Shown here in pieces: positions 30,312 to 39,307 of a stretch of 39,331 nucleotides of DNA; position 1 is the stretch's first letter; the number at the start of each line of letters is the position of its first letter. Below the pieces are notes generated by a model. It searched no databases. It was not told the origin of the DNA and saw nothing but the letters and a program-made list of their open reading frames with translations. The translations under genes and the position numbers were made by a program. Source of the DNA: Candidatus Saccharimonadota bacterium (lineage in GTDB: Bacteria > Patescibacteriota > Saccharimonadia > Saccharimonadales > SZUA-47); contig JAGQNQ010000003.1 in the NCBI GenBank assembly GCA_020428015.1, positions 1 through 39,331 on the forward strand, written 5' to 3'.

Positions 30312-32864
30312 TTATGTCTGGCGGAATCGGGCTATTTCCCCATCCATGTTTTGGATGAGTTGTTCGGTTTCTGCGACTTGTTGTTTTGTTTCCTCAACTA
30401 GTTCTTTCGGCGCTTGCTTCACATAATTTTTGTTCTCTAGCCGTTTCTTGAGCCCCTGGAGGCGTTTTTCCGCCCCTTCCCTATCTGATGCGAGTTTTTT
30501 TACATAACGCTCTGCACGCTCTCTATCAACGTCAAGCCAGCACTTCTGTGAAGTACTAGTGAGATGTAGTCCCTTTCCGTCCTCAACCTCGTGCACACCT
30601 TCAATATGCGCTAAGGCAGCAATAAGATTCGCGTGTTGCACGAGGAACGCTGCACCGGGTGCGTGGTACAGCGCCGTCTTCTCAAGCTGCATAGCGGACA
30701 CAATGGTACGAGTTTCTGTCACAATAGTTCTTATTTCTTCGAATTCAGCTACTTTTTTATCGTCGTGGCTTAATACCTTATCCCATCGCTCTGTAGCTAG
30801 AATGCTGTTGCCCGTTTGATCTAGTGTCTGCCAGATGGTTTCAGTTACGAACGGCGCAAATGGATGTGCGAGTTTCAGAACTTCTTCAAGTCCATACAGC
30901 AGTAAGTCGGGGTTCAATTCGCTTTTACTTGCTTCTACATACCAATCAGCAAAGTTATCCCAGATAAAATGATACACGGTATCGTAGGCTTCGCTGACAC
31001 GATATTCATCAAGATGAGAGGAAAGCACCTCTGTTGTATGTTGTAACTTACTCAACATCCAATGATCAGCAGGGCTTATAGCTTTGGCGTGTTTTGCGCT
31101 TGCGCTCTTCCCTTCTAACATTCCTTCAACAAACCGTGCAATATTCCAAAGTTTGTTGCAGAAGTTCCGTCCAGCAACAATTTTTGCCTGTGAGTATGCT
31201 GCAGAGTCTCCTGGTGAACGGCCAGCGACTATACCCATTCTGAGTGCGTCGGAACCGTGTTCGTTGAGGACCTCACTCGGGTTGATAACGTTTCCTAAAC
31301 TTTTGCTCATTTTTCGACCATCTTCACTGCGCACCATACCGTGTAAATACAAGTCCTTGAACGGTACTTCGCCAGTAGTGTAGAGACCCAAGCAGATCAT
31401 GCGAGCTCCCCACTGATAGAGGATGTCTACGCCCATCTCCATGAATGTTGTTGGATAGCGCTGTTTGTAGTCATCGCTGTTCGGGTAGCCAAGAGTGACG
31501 TATGGCCACTGGCCGCTGGAGAACCAGGTGTCGAATACGTCTGGATCGCGTCGATAGTGCTTACCGTCACGTTCGATGATTTCTTCTGACACATTTTCGT
31601 CAAAAATCCATTCGTCAGGGTCATCAACGTTCTGGAAGGCAGGGATAGGAATACCCCAAGCAATCTGACGACTAATGTTCCAGTCGCGCACGTTCTTTAG
31701 GTAGTCTATGGTTTGTGCTCGCTTCGCTTCTGGGTAGAATCGGATCTTCTTTTCACGGAGCGCTTTTATAGCTGGTTGCGCCAGTTTCTGCATGTTAATA
31801 AACCACTGGTCCATCAACATTGGCTCAATGACCGTGCCGCATTTGTAGCAAGTCCCTACTCTGTTCTGATAGTTCTCGTCGACTTTAACAAGTAGCTCTT
31901 TTTCTTTCAGGGCTTCTACGACTGCTTTGCGTGCTTCTTTAACCGGCATGCCCTCAAACTGCCCAGCTCGGTGGTTCATAGTGCCGTCGTGGTTTATAAC
32001 TCGAATTGCTGGCAAGGAGTGCCTTTGGGCGACTTCCCAATCGTTTTGGTCGTGTGCAGGAGTAATCTTGACGACTCCTGTACCGAAGTTACGATCTACC
32101 ATTTTGTCTGCGACAACCTGGATATCAAACGGACCTTGTATGCCGTCAACTGTAATGACCTTTCCGACATATTCTTTATATCGTTCATCATCTGGATGCA
32201 CAGCCACGGCCGTATCGCCGAACTTTGTTTCTGGCCGTGTTGTCGCCAGCGTAAATGGACCGTATTTCATGTAGTAGAGTGGCGTGTTTTGGTCTTCATA
32301 CTTCACCTCTATATCAGCAAAGCCCGTGCGGTGTTCGGTGCAGTAGTTGACGAGTCGCTCACCTCTGTAAATAAGCCCATCATCCCACAGTCGTTTAAAT
32401 ACGCTGTAGGCAGTATGTACAACTTTGTCATCAAGGGTGAAAGTGAAGTGGCTCCAGTCTGCGCTAGTACCGAATTTGCGCATTTGTGACTCGAATACAC
32501 CCTTGTTCTCTTGCACAAAGTCCCATATTTGCGCATACAGCTCTTCCCTTTTGAAATCAAAACGACTCTTCCCGTCTGCTGCTAGATGTTTCTCATACAC
32601 CACTTGGGTTTCAAAGCCAGCATGATCAGCTCCTGGAAGCACTAAAACATCACTTCCCTTCGCTCGCTGATAGCGTGCAATGATGTCTTTTAAAGAGAAA
32701 TCAAGCGCGTGGCCAATGTGTAGCGGTGCATTTGCGTTCGGCGGCGGCAAAACAATAGTAAAAGGTTCGCCTTTTCCTGTTGGTTTGAAAGCCTCTGTTT
32801 TTTCCCAGAGGGCATATATGTCTGTTTCGTACTCGCTTGGAGTATATGTTTTCGGTAGTTTCAT
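30312..32864 (-). CDS. valS: Valine--tRNA ligase
   Basis: 850-aa ORF with PPPNANAPLHIGHAL (HIGH), GRKMSKSLGN (KMSKS) and the C-terminal coiled coil typical of ValRS. Confidence 0.95.
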   Translation of the reverse strand: MKLPKTYTPSEYETDIYALWEKTEAFKPTGKGEPFTIVLPPPNANAPLHIGHALDFSLKDIIARYQRAKGSDVLVLPGADHAGFETQVVYEKHLAADGKSRFDFKREELYAQIWDFVQENKGVFESQMRKFGTSADWSHFTFTLDDKVVHTAYSVFKRLWDDGLIYRGERLVNYCTEHRTGFADIEVKYEDQNTPLYYMKYGPFTLATTRPETKFGDTAVAVHPDDERYKEYVGKVITVDGIQGPFDIQVVADKMVDRNFGTGVVKITPAHDQNDWEVAQRHSLPAIRVINHDGTMNHRAGQFEGMPVKEARKAVVEALKEKELLVKVDENYQNRVGTCYKCGTVIEPMLMDQWFINMQKLAQPAIKALREKKIRFYPEAKRAQTIDYLKNVRDWNISRQIAWGIPIPAFQNVDDPDEWIFDENVSEEIIERDGKHYRRDPDVFDTWFSSGQWPYVTLGYPNSDDYKQRYPTTFMEMGVDILYQWGARMICLGLYTTGEVPFKDLYLHGMVRSEDGRKMSKSLGNVINPSEVLNEHGSDALRMGIVAGRSPGDSAAYSQAKIVAGRNFCNKLWNIARFVEGMLEGKSASAKHAKAISPADHWMLSKLQHTTEVLSSHLDEYRVSEAYDTVYHFIWDNFADWYVEASKSELNPDLLLYGLEEVLKLAHPFAPFVTETIWQTLDQTGNSILATERWDKVLSHDDKKVAEFEEIRTIVTETRTIVSAMQLEKTALYHAPGAAFLVQHANLIAALAHIEGVHEVEDGKGLHLTSTSQKCWLDVDRERAERYVKKLASDREGAEKRLQGLKKRLENKNYVKQAPKELVEETKQQVAETEQLIQNMDGEIARFRQT

Positions 32865-33047
32865 TTCGTAAATCCTGCACCGCTTTAGCCTGCCTGCCTG
32901 CAGGGCTAGCAGCTCTGCTAAAGCTTTCGGCGCTTCACTTTGTCAGCTATCGTCTGTCGCTCGCTCACCGTACTTCAGTACGACTCGCTTGTTCATCCTC
33001 GCTTCCTAGTGCAGCATCCAAATGCAGGTTTTACGGTGGTTAAACCC

Positions 33048-33065
33048 ATTATAACACCCCTGTTA
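33048..33065 (-). promoter_or_regulatory. Candidate valS promoter (extended -10) immediately preceded by the TAACAGGGGT motif
   Basis: Minus strand reads TAACAGGGGTGTTATAAT (TGn + TATAAT at 33053-33048). This implies a leader of ~175 nt before valS ATG 32864. Confidence 0.4.
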
Positions 33066-33164
33066 GGTTATCGAAAACGTAAGTGTTTTCACGTGAAACT
33101 TAGACAACTAAACTCAAGGGTAGGTCGCGCCCGTGCGTACCCCCATCTTTAAGTGCCCAAATTT

Positions 33165-33203
33165 GCGAACTTTTTCACACGAAAAATGTTCGCTTTTTGT
33201 TTA
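33165..33203 (+). terminator. Orphan terminator-like hairpin in the valS-tsaD gap
   Basis: GCGAACTTTTT-CACAC-GAAAAATGTTCGC followed by TTTTTGTTT on the plus strand. No annotated plus-strand gene ends here. Confidence 0.35.
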
Positions 33204-33621
33204 TAGTCTTCCTCAGGGTAAAACCTGCTTGGCTAGGATTTTTTTGAGATTGAGTGGTGAATTTTCTCCGATTGAAGCGTATCGGTACGATACGGTGATT
33301 GAAGAAAAATTAATCAATCATCTCTGAAATGTGCTAGGAAAGTAGATTTTATCCTGCGGAAGGCTAGATGTGCGTCTTGCTAGTCAGGCAAGTAGTACTT
33401 ACACTCTTTTTGTTTTCAGTATCAAGTATACGCCTTAAAGTGCTAATGTCTAGATTCAGGGGCCATTCCTGGGTTGCTCAAGTGTCAGTTTCTATCTTTA
33501 GAAAAGTATTGGGTGATACATTTCTAAAATAAAACTGGCAATTGAGAATCCAGGTGGTCTCTGGGCTGGACATATAGCGCTTCTAAGTCGTATACCCAAC
33601 AGGGAAAAGAAGCATAAGCAA

Positions 33622-34677
33622 CTACATACTGAGCGAAGGGTTGATATCGAGCGAATTTGGGTCGGCGAAAGGGAGGCCGGTGTCGGCCATCATGCACCCG
33701 AGAGTGGCGATCATGGCGCCATTGTCCGTACAGAGCTTTATGTCTGTATAACCTGGTGGGGCAGGGAGCCGTTCGGCGAGCTGTCGGCGCAGTTCTTGAC
33801 TGGCGGCTACACCTCCAGCTATAACGACAGATTTAGGCTGGTATGTTTCAAATGCCTGAATGGTTTTGTCCACGACAGTTTCAATCGCCACACGTTGGAA
33901 ACTAGCAGCAATGTCGTGCTTCTGAGCTTCAGAGAGCCGCTCTGGCAAGCGAAACGACGGAAATGTGAAATTCTCCCCGATTTCGTCCTGTGCTAAGCGT
34001 AGAACGGCAGTTTTGAGTCCGCTAAATGAAAATTCGTATGGGTTATCTAGCTTTGCCTTTGGAAGTTTGTACTTGTAAGGGTTACCTTTATCGGCGGCTT
34101 TTGCGATTGATGGTCCACCGGGGTAGGGAAGGCCAATGATTTTGGCTACCTTATCAAACGCTTCGCCAATAGCATCGTCACGTTTTTTGCCGAGGATTTC
34201 ATAGTCAAACATCGTGCGGAAGTAGACCAGCTGCGTGTGTCCTCCAGATACGATAAGGCTGAGCATCGGAAATTCTGGCTGCTGCGAGGGGAGCGTATAT
34301 CCTGGCAACTCGGTTTTCGTAAGGAAATTTGCTGCAACGTGTCCGTGCACGTGATTTACAGCGTATAACGGTTTATTTTTAGTGATTGCGAGAGTGCGAG
34401 CGGTCATCACCCCGACTAACAAACTACCTCCAAGGCCTGCTCCGTAGGTTACTGCAATCGCATCTATTTTGTCCCAGCCAACAACTGCCACCGCCTCTTC
34501 GATGACGGGGATAATACTTTCAATATGACTGCGTGCTGCGATTTCTGGCACAACGCCACCGTACGCCGCATGAAGATCTATGCTCGTCGCGACGACGTTA
34601 CTGAGAAGCTCATGCCCGTCTTTTACAACAGCAGCGGCTGTCTCATCACAACTCGTTTCAATACCAAATACTATCAT
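33622..34677 (-). CDS. tsaD: tRNA N6-adenosine threonylcarbamoyltransferase TsaD (Kae1/Gcp family)
   Basis: MIVFGIETSCDETAAAVV.., HVHGHV metal-binding motif, ..LIVSGGHTQL.., ..CTDNGAMIA. Confidence 0.9.
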   Translation of the reverse strand: MIVFGIETSCDETAAAVVKDGHELLSNVVATSIDLHAAYGGVVPEIAARSHIESIIPVIEEAVAVVGWDKIDAIAVTYGAGLGGSLLVGVMTARTLAITKNKPLYAVNHVHGHVAANFLTKTELPGYTLPSQQPEFPMLSLIVSGGHTQLVYFRTMFDYEILGKKRDDAIGEAFDKVAKIIGLPYPGGPSIAKAADKGNPYKYKLPKAKLDNPYEFSFSGLKTAVLRLAQDEIGENFTFPSFRLPERLSEAQKHDIAASFQRVAIETVVDKTIQAFETYQPKSVVIAGGVAASQELRRQLAERLPAPPGYTDIKLCTDNGAMIATLGCMMADTGLPFADPNSLDINPSLSM

Positions 34678-34696
34678 TGTACCAATAACACCTATA

Positions 34697-34705
34697 TGTT
34701 ATAAT
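34697..34705 (+). promoter_or_regulatory. Extended -10 element (TGTTATAAT) 8 nt upstream of ATG 34714
   Basis: TGT at 34697-34699 plus TATAAT at 34700-34705. No SD lies between it and the start codon. Confidence 0.4.
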
Positions 34706-34713
34706 AATTTATT

Positions 34714-35499
34714 ATGTTTACCGACTCAGACGGCTCGATTGAGTTTCCTCGTCCTATTGAACCACTTTCAGGTGAAGTAGTACAGTCACAGAGTATCGAT
34801 TTACTCAATGATGTAGAGAGCTTTTTGCGCAAAATAGATCATGAGCAATTCGATGGTGTGGTTCAGGCGTACACCTACTTCGTAAAACAACCGGATGGAT
34901 TTGAGTACACATTTACAACTAATCAAGACACGGATCCTGTGAGGAGCTTCGAAGTAGGGGATACAGTGACAGTTCTAGCGACCGGCCTAGATGTTTCAGG
35001 AGACGATATTGACGACGCACTCAGGTCAATTCGAATGTATAGAGGAGTAACTATAGAGGAAGAGCATCTTGATTTGATTCCCGAAATAAGAGGAGGTGAA
35101 CGTTTACCTCGTGCAGGGCACGTACGCTTTATGGATATGCTGGATGAACAGCCATCAATTATGGTGTTCGAACAGGCACCCGAAAGTGGTTTTGACATGG
35201 AAGGCAGACTTCAAAGAGAACTTGTCATACTGGCCATCTCGGATAGGCAAGCAGAAGTTTTAATGGATAATGCGACACCTAGTATGGTGAACCCAAATGT
35301 CATTAGCCATATGCACAATAAACTTCGAGAAGCGTTTCGTGCGGAGTCACCAAGCAGGCAGACGTTTTGGACAACTGCCTTATTCGGTGGAGCAGTATTG
35401 GAAGCACTAGTGATTAATGGTGCCACTACGCTACCTTTTGGTTCCGTGCCTCAACCAACTCAGCTGGATCACATCAACGAATTAAAAAAATGGCTCTAA
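34714..35499 (+). CDS. Hypothetical protein (261 aa), no recognisable motifs
   Basis: Long ORF divergent from tsaD with normal-looking composition. Confidence 0.6.
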   Translation: MFTDSDGSIEFPRPIEPLSGEVVQSQSIDLLNDVESFLRKIDHEQFDGVVQAYTYFVKQPDGFEYTFTTNQDTDPVRSFEVGDTVTVLATGLDVSGDDIDDALRSIRMYRGVTIEEEHLDLIPEIRGGERLPRAGHVRFMDMLDEQPSIMVFEQAPESGFDMEGRLQRELVILAISDRQAEVLMDNATPSMVNPNVISHMHNKLREAFRAESPSRQTFWTTALFGGAVLEALVINGATTLPFGSVPQPTQLDHINELKKWL

Positions 35500-35512
35500 C
35501 AGGGGTCACATA

Positions 35513-35541
35513 TTGACAAATTGTTGCTTTTTTGCTAGTAT
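35513..35541 (+). promoter_or_regulatory. Consensus-like sigma70 promoter, copy 1
   Basis: TTGACA (35513-35518), a 17-nt spacer, then TAGTAT (35536-35541). Confidence 0.5.
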
Positions 35542-35601
35542 GTCTCTTGTAACGTAGCATCCCGAAAGTAACAGGCTTTACTAACGGGACAAGAAACAAA
35601 A

Positions 35602-35730
35602 ATGAAACGAAAACACATCAACATCAACTACATCGACTCTCCAGTAGAAGTCGTTGATTTTCGGCTTGTTTATGAAGAGCTACCTCTCTCCTTACACCAA
35701 ACCACAAGCGAAATAGCAAAGCATAAATAG
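35602..35730 (+). CDS. Possible 42-aa ORF between the two duplicated promoters
   Basis: ATG..TAG translating to MKRKHININYIDSPVEVVDFRLVYEELPLSLHQTTSEIAKHK. No clear SD and no recognisable family. Confidence 0.25.
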   Translation: MKRKHININYIDSPVEVVDFRLVYEELPLSLHQTTSEIAKHK

Positions 35731-35732
35731 TA

Positions 35733-35761
35733 TTGACATTTTGTCAATATTTTGCTATTAT
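35733..35761 (+). promoter_or_regulatory. Consensus-like sigma70 promoter, copy 2 (upstream of the 698-aa gene)
   Basis: TTGACA (35733-35738), a 17-nt spacer, then TATTAT (35756-35761). Its spacer also ends in TTTTGC, as in copy 1. SD AAGGAAG precedes ATG 35828. Confidence 0.5.
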
Positions 35762-35827
35762 ACTGCTGTTAGAAACAAACAAAACAAAAAACACCCGCAC
35801 AATAATATAAGGAAGTAAATAGAAACC

Positions 35828-37924
35828 ATGAGTGAACACGCATCAGCACCAATGTTAAAAGATATTCAGCCAGTTCGAGTAGGTGACGGCGAGACACGTT
35901 ATCAAGATACAGCTCATGGCAACAAGTTTGTCTCATCCGGTGCCGTAGAGCAAGCACGTCGAACCGCTAAAGGAGCCTTGTATGATACCGTAAACGAACT
36001 ACAGGACTACGGTCACGATGTAACCAAGGGTGAGTACAAGCAGATGGCAGATGAATTAGGCCTACCGCAAGAGCATATGAAGTGGGTTGGTGGTTCTGCG
36101 GCACAGGTTTTTGATAAAGAAGGCCTCTATGATGCTGCGTATGAGCATCAGGACCCAACTGCGGATGAAGCAGCAGAAATCCAAACGGATCAAGCACATG
36201 CTGGTCGACAGGCTGAATATGATTTAATGGCCGCCGAAATTGGTTCAGAAACTCAAGAAGAACAGAACGGTAGAGTAAAAGCTGCTATTCATCGACGAAA
36301 AAACGCTGAGCATAACGCAGCAAACATTGCAAACAACGAAGCAAGAGGTGCGCGCAATGCTTTGCGTTTGGCTCAGGAAAAAGCTGATGCTGAACTTATT
36401 TCACTGGAAGACTCAGAATTAAAGAAGAAGTCATTGACAGAACTAGCAAATTTGTTGGGACAGGAAAAAGCAAGTTTCAAAGTTTCTAAAGCTGAATATA
36501 TTCAGATGGTCAAGGATAAGCAGTCTGAGATTAAATCTCGAGCACCTCAAGAGACGCCCCATGTCGCTGTACCAGAGCCTACAGTTAGTAACTCTACAAG
36601 GGACACTATAGAAGCCATGAAGAGCTTTCACCGTGGAGATATGTATGGCGAGACTTCAGTAAAAAAGGCCTATGAAGACAGCTTGAAGCAAGATATTAAT
36701 GACCTTCTTGATCTGGCAAAAATTAAGTACAATGGCGATCCTCTTAGCGAAGAACAGCAAGAAGAAATGAAGGTACTTGCAAGACTAATCCAGTCTTCTA
36801 GTAGCACACTCGATGTATTAGAAGGTCTAAGCGTTGAGCAGCGTGAAGCACTTGACAAGGAGATGACTAGCTATCTAGATGCAGTTACAGGTTCAGAGGA
36901 TGTGCTAAATAGTGCTGAAGCGAACTTCGATGAATCTTTAGCCCAGTATAAAGAATTAGCCAAGCTTGCAAGAGAAGGAAAAATGACCCCTCAACAACAG
37001 GAAGCCCTAAAGAACGCTCGAGACAAGGTATTGGCAGACGATGAAGTACTGAGCAAACTTGAGGGACTTGATGAAGATGCACTAACTAACTCCAGTCTGT
37101 CGATGCAAGATTATTTGGATGCAGTGCTGGCAGACGATTATAAAGATGAAAAAGAAGAAGAGGCAGGTGAAAATAATAGTGAGCGGCTGGGAGACGATGC
37201 CAGCGATGAGCTTCATTCCGACGGTGGAACTGTAGAGAATGTATCAGGTGAAAATAATGCCGCTGAAGCTCAAATACCAGAAAAGAAGAAGCGTCATTGG
37301 AAACGTTGGGGCGCTGGACTGCTAGCGCTAGTTGGCCTAAGCTTTATGGCACAACATGGCTTGAGTGGGGACGATGACGGCAACTATAATCGAGAAACCT
37401 CGACAACAATTGAAACTACGCCAAACACGGTTGTAAGCGTCGAAGACTCTACCACGACCACTATCACAGAGGCGCCAGAAGCCTCTACGACTACAGAATC
37501 TACTACGACAACACAGCCGGAAAATGACAAAACAAGTACTACTGTTGAAGAATCTGAGGATGAAGAAACTAGCACGGAAGATTCTTCTGATACTGAGTCA
37601 AGCACTGACCAAACTGATAATAATGAAGGCGGAAATGACTCAGCTTCTGAAAGTCCTGACAATCCTCAGGCCCCAACTGATCAGGTAAATGTGTCTGACT
37701 GGACCTGGAAAGTTGCAAACAATTTAGCACCAGGACACGCAGATGAACTGATCCAGAAAGCTCTGGATGCCTACAACGCCACAAATGCAACACATTTTGC
37801 GCTTACACCTCATAATGGCTCAACCTGGATAATGGATGGCAACCGTGCTGTTAATCAAGCTCAGATGGAAGCTATAAACCAGTTGATGCTTAGCGACGAC
37901 GACGAAGTTACACAGTTCGATTAG
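35828..37924 (+). CDS. Unknown bitopic surface protein: helical/acidic cytoplasmic region with internal repeat, TM helix, Thr/Ser/Asp/Glu-rich linker, small C-terminal domain
   Basis: 698-aa ORF with TM helix WGAGLLALVGLSFMAQHGL (~aa 493-511), followed by TTIETTPNTVVSVEDSTTTTITEAPEASTTTESTTTTQPEN... Confidence 0.7.
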   Translation: MSEHASAPMLKDIQPVRVGDGETRYQDTAHGNKFVSSGAVEQARRTAKGALYDTVNELQDYGHDVTKGEYKQMADELGLPQEHMKWVGGSAAQVFDKEGLYDAAYEHQDPTADEAAEIQTDQAHAGRQAEYDLMAAEIGSETQEEQNGRVKAAIHRRKNAEHNAANIANNEARGARNALRLAQEKADAELISLEDSELKKKSLTELANLLGQEKASFKVSKAEYIQMVKDKQSEIKSRAPQETPHVAVPEPTVSNSTRDTIEAMKSFHRGDMYGETSVKKAYEDSLKQDINDLLDLAKIKYNGDPLSEEQQEEMKVLARLIQSSSSTLDVLEGLSVEQREALDKEMTSYLDAVTGSEDVLNSAEANFDESLAQYKELAKLAREGKMTPQQQEALKNARDKVLADDEVLSKLEGLDEDALTNSSLSMQDYLDAVLADDYKDEKEEEAGENNSERLGDDASDELHSDGGTVENVSGENNAAEAQIPEKKKRHWKRWGAGLLALVGLSFMAQHGLSGDDDGNYNRETSTTIETTPNTVVSVEDSTTTTITEAPEASTTTESTTTTQPENDKTSTTVEESEDEETSTEDSSDTESSTDQTDNNEGGNDSASESPDNPQAPTDQVNVSDWTWKVANNLAPGHADELIQKALDAYNATNATHFALTPHNGSTWIMDGNRAVNQAQMEAINQLMLSDDDEVTQFD

Positions 37925-37951
37925 TAGATTCTGCGCTATACTAATAGCGTT

Positions 37952-39307
37952 GTGAAGAAGTTAGCAAAACGTTTAGTACCGATTAGGTTATTTAAAGCAC
38001 TGGTTCCTATATGGCATTTATGCAACTCAGTGTTTTATCAGTTCAGATATGGCTTTCCGGCGCGCGGCATTGAAGTTATCGGCGTAACTGGCACGGACGG
38101 CAAAACAAGCACTAGCACACTTATTACCCAGATGCTCAGAAATAGTGGCAAAAAAGTCGCTATGATGACAACCATTTCAGTTGACTACGGTGACGGAAAC
38201 GGTCCGGTAGATAATCCGTCACGACTAACAACCTTTGGAGCTGCTAAGTTGGTAAACGCTCTAAAGAGAATGAGGCAAGAGGGCGTCGAGTATCTGGTGT
38301 TAGAGGTAACGTCACATGCACTGCATCAGCACCGGGTGTGGGGCGTGCCAGTAAGCGTCGCCGTTATGACCAATATCGGCCACGAGCACCTGGATTATCA
38401 TGGTACGTTTGAAAATTATCGGGATGCAAAGAGACTGTTATTTAAGCATGCGAATAAAAATAGTCACGGGAAACGCATTGGCATAGTAAATGCTGAGGAT
38501 CCGTCAGCAGAGCTATTCGCTGGCGATATCGCAAAACCTGTGACGTACGGTTTGAAACAGGCTGATTTGAGGGCAGAGAAGGTAAAACTTACTCCTGCTG
38601 GGAGTCGATATGTCGCTAAAATTGACGGTGAAGAATATCGGATTGACTGTCATTTGCCAGGGAGTTTCAATGTCTATAACAGCCTTGCTGCTGTTGCAGC
38701 TGGGCGGGCATTGGGGTTGAGCCGTGAGGAGATAGAAAAGGGGATAGACTCACTTCATGAAGTCGAGGGTCGTATGACGAGGGTCGATGAGGGCCAAGAC
38801 TTCGCGGTCATTGTTGACTATGCGCACACCCCTGAGAGCTTTGAGAAATTGTTCGCCGAGGTGAAACCGTTAGCAGAGAATCGTCTCATATGCGTGTTCG
38901 GATCAGCTGGTCGTCGCGATGAGGCAAAACGGGCAAAGCAAGGTGCTATCGCTGGAAAATGGTGCGATATCGTCATAGCAACCGAGGAAGATGATCGAGA
39001 TATAGATGGCATGGAGATACTAGAACAAATAGCGGGTGGAGCAGAGACCAGCGGCAAGATACGAGACGAAGATCTATTTTTGGTACATGACCGAGAAAAA
39101 GCGGTTCAAGAAGCTATAAATGGTGCGAAAAAAGGTGACCTTGTTATGCTGCTCGGCAAGGGACACGAGAAATCCATCCTGCACAACGGTCCGCAAGCAG
39201 CTGAACTGCGACATTTGCCACAAGACGATGGCGACGAACGCCGAGTTCTGAAGAGACCTTACGACGAAGTAACAGTTGCGCGCGAAGCAATAAAAAATAA
39301 GAAATAG
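37952..39307 (+). CDS. murE: Mur ligase, MurE-like (UDP-MurNAc-tripeptide synthetase family), short N-terminus
   Basis: GTG start. P-loop GVTGTDGKTSTS at aa ~45. Also ..NIGHEHLDYHG.., ..VDYAHTPESFEKLF.., ..VFGSAGRRDEAKR.. (compare MurE DYAHTPDAL and FGCGGDRDKGKR). Confidence 0.7.
   Translation: MKKLAKRLVPIRLFKALVPIWHLCNSVFYQFRYGFPARGIEVIGVTGTDGKTSTSTLITQMLRNSGKKVAMMTTISVDYGDGNGPVDNPSRLTTFGAAKLVNALKRMRQEGVEYLVLEVTSHALHQHRVWGVPVSVAVMTNIGHEHLDYHGTFENYRDAKRLLFKHANKNSHGKRIGIVNAEDPSAELFAGDIAKPVTYGLKQADLRAEKVKLTPAGSRYVAKIDGEEYRIDCHLPGSFNVYNSLAAVAAGRALGLSREEIEKGIDSLHEVEGRMTRVDEGQDFAVIVDYAHTPESFEKLFAEVKPLAENRLICVFGSAGRRDEAKRAKQGAIAGKWCDIVIATEEDDRDIDGMEILEQIAGGAETSGKIRDEDLFLVHDREKAVQEAINGAKKGDLVMLLGKGHEKSILHNGPQAAELRHLPQDDGDERRVLKRPYDEVTVAREAIKNKK

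Noticed and set aside
32865-33040. T-box riboswitch call for the valS leader
   Set aside because: The context fits, and a GUA codon sits in a hairpin loop region. However, I cannot find the conserved T-box core (GGUGGUACC) or a clear terminator/antiterminator pair on the minus strand. I report it only as a structured leader to be tested.
32837-33327. Three overlapping plus-strand ORFs (68, 70 and 64 aa) in the valS-tsaD gap
   Set aside because: They have no SD or promoter logic, their composition is Leu/Ser/Arg/Cys-rich, they overlap one another in different frames, and they lie over the predicted valS leader.
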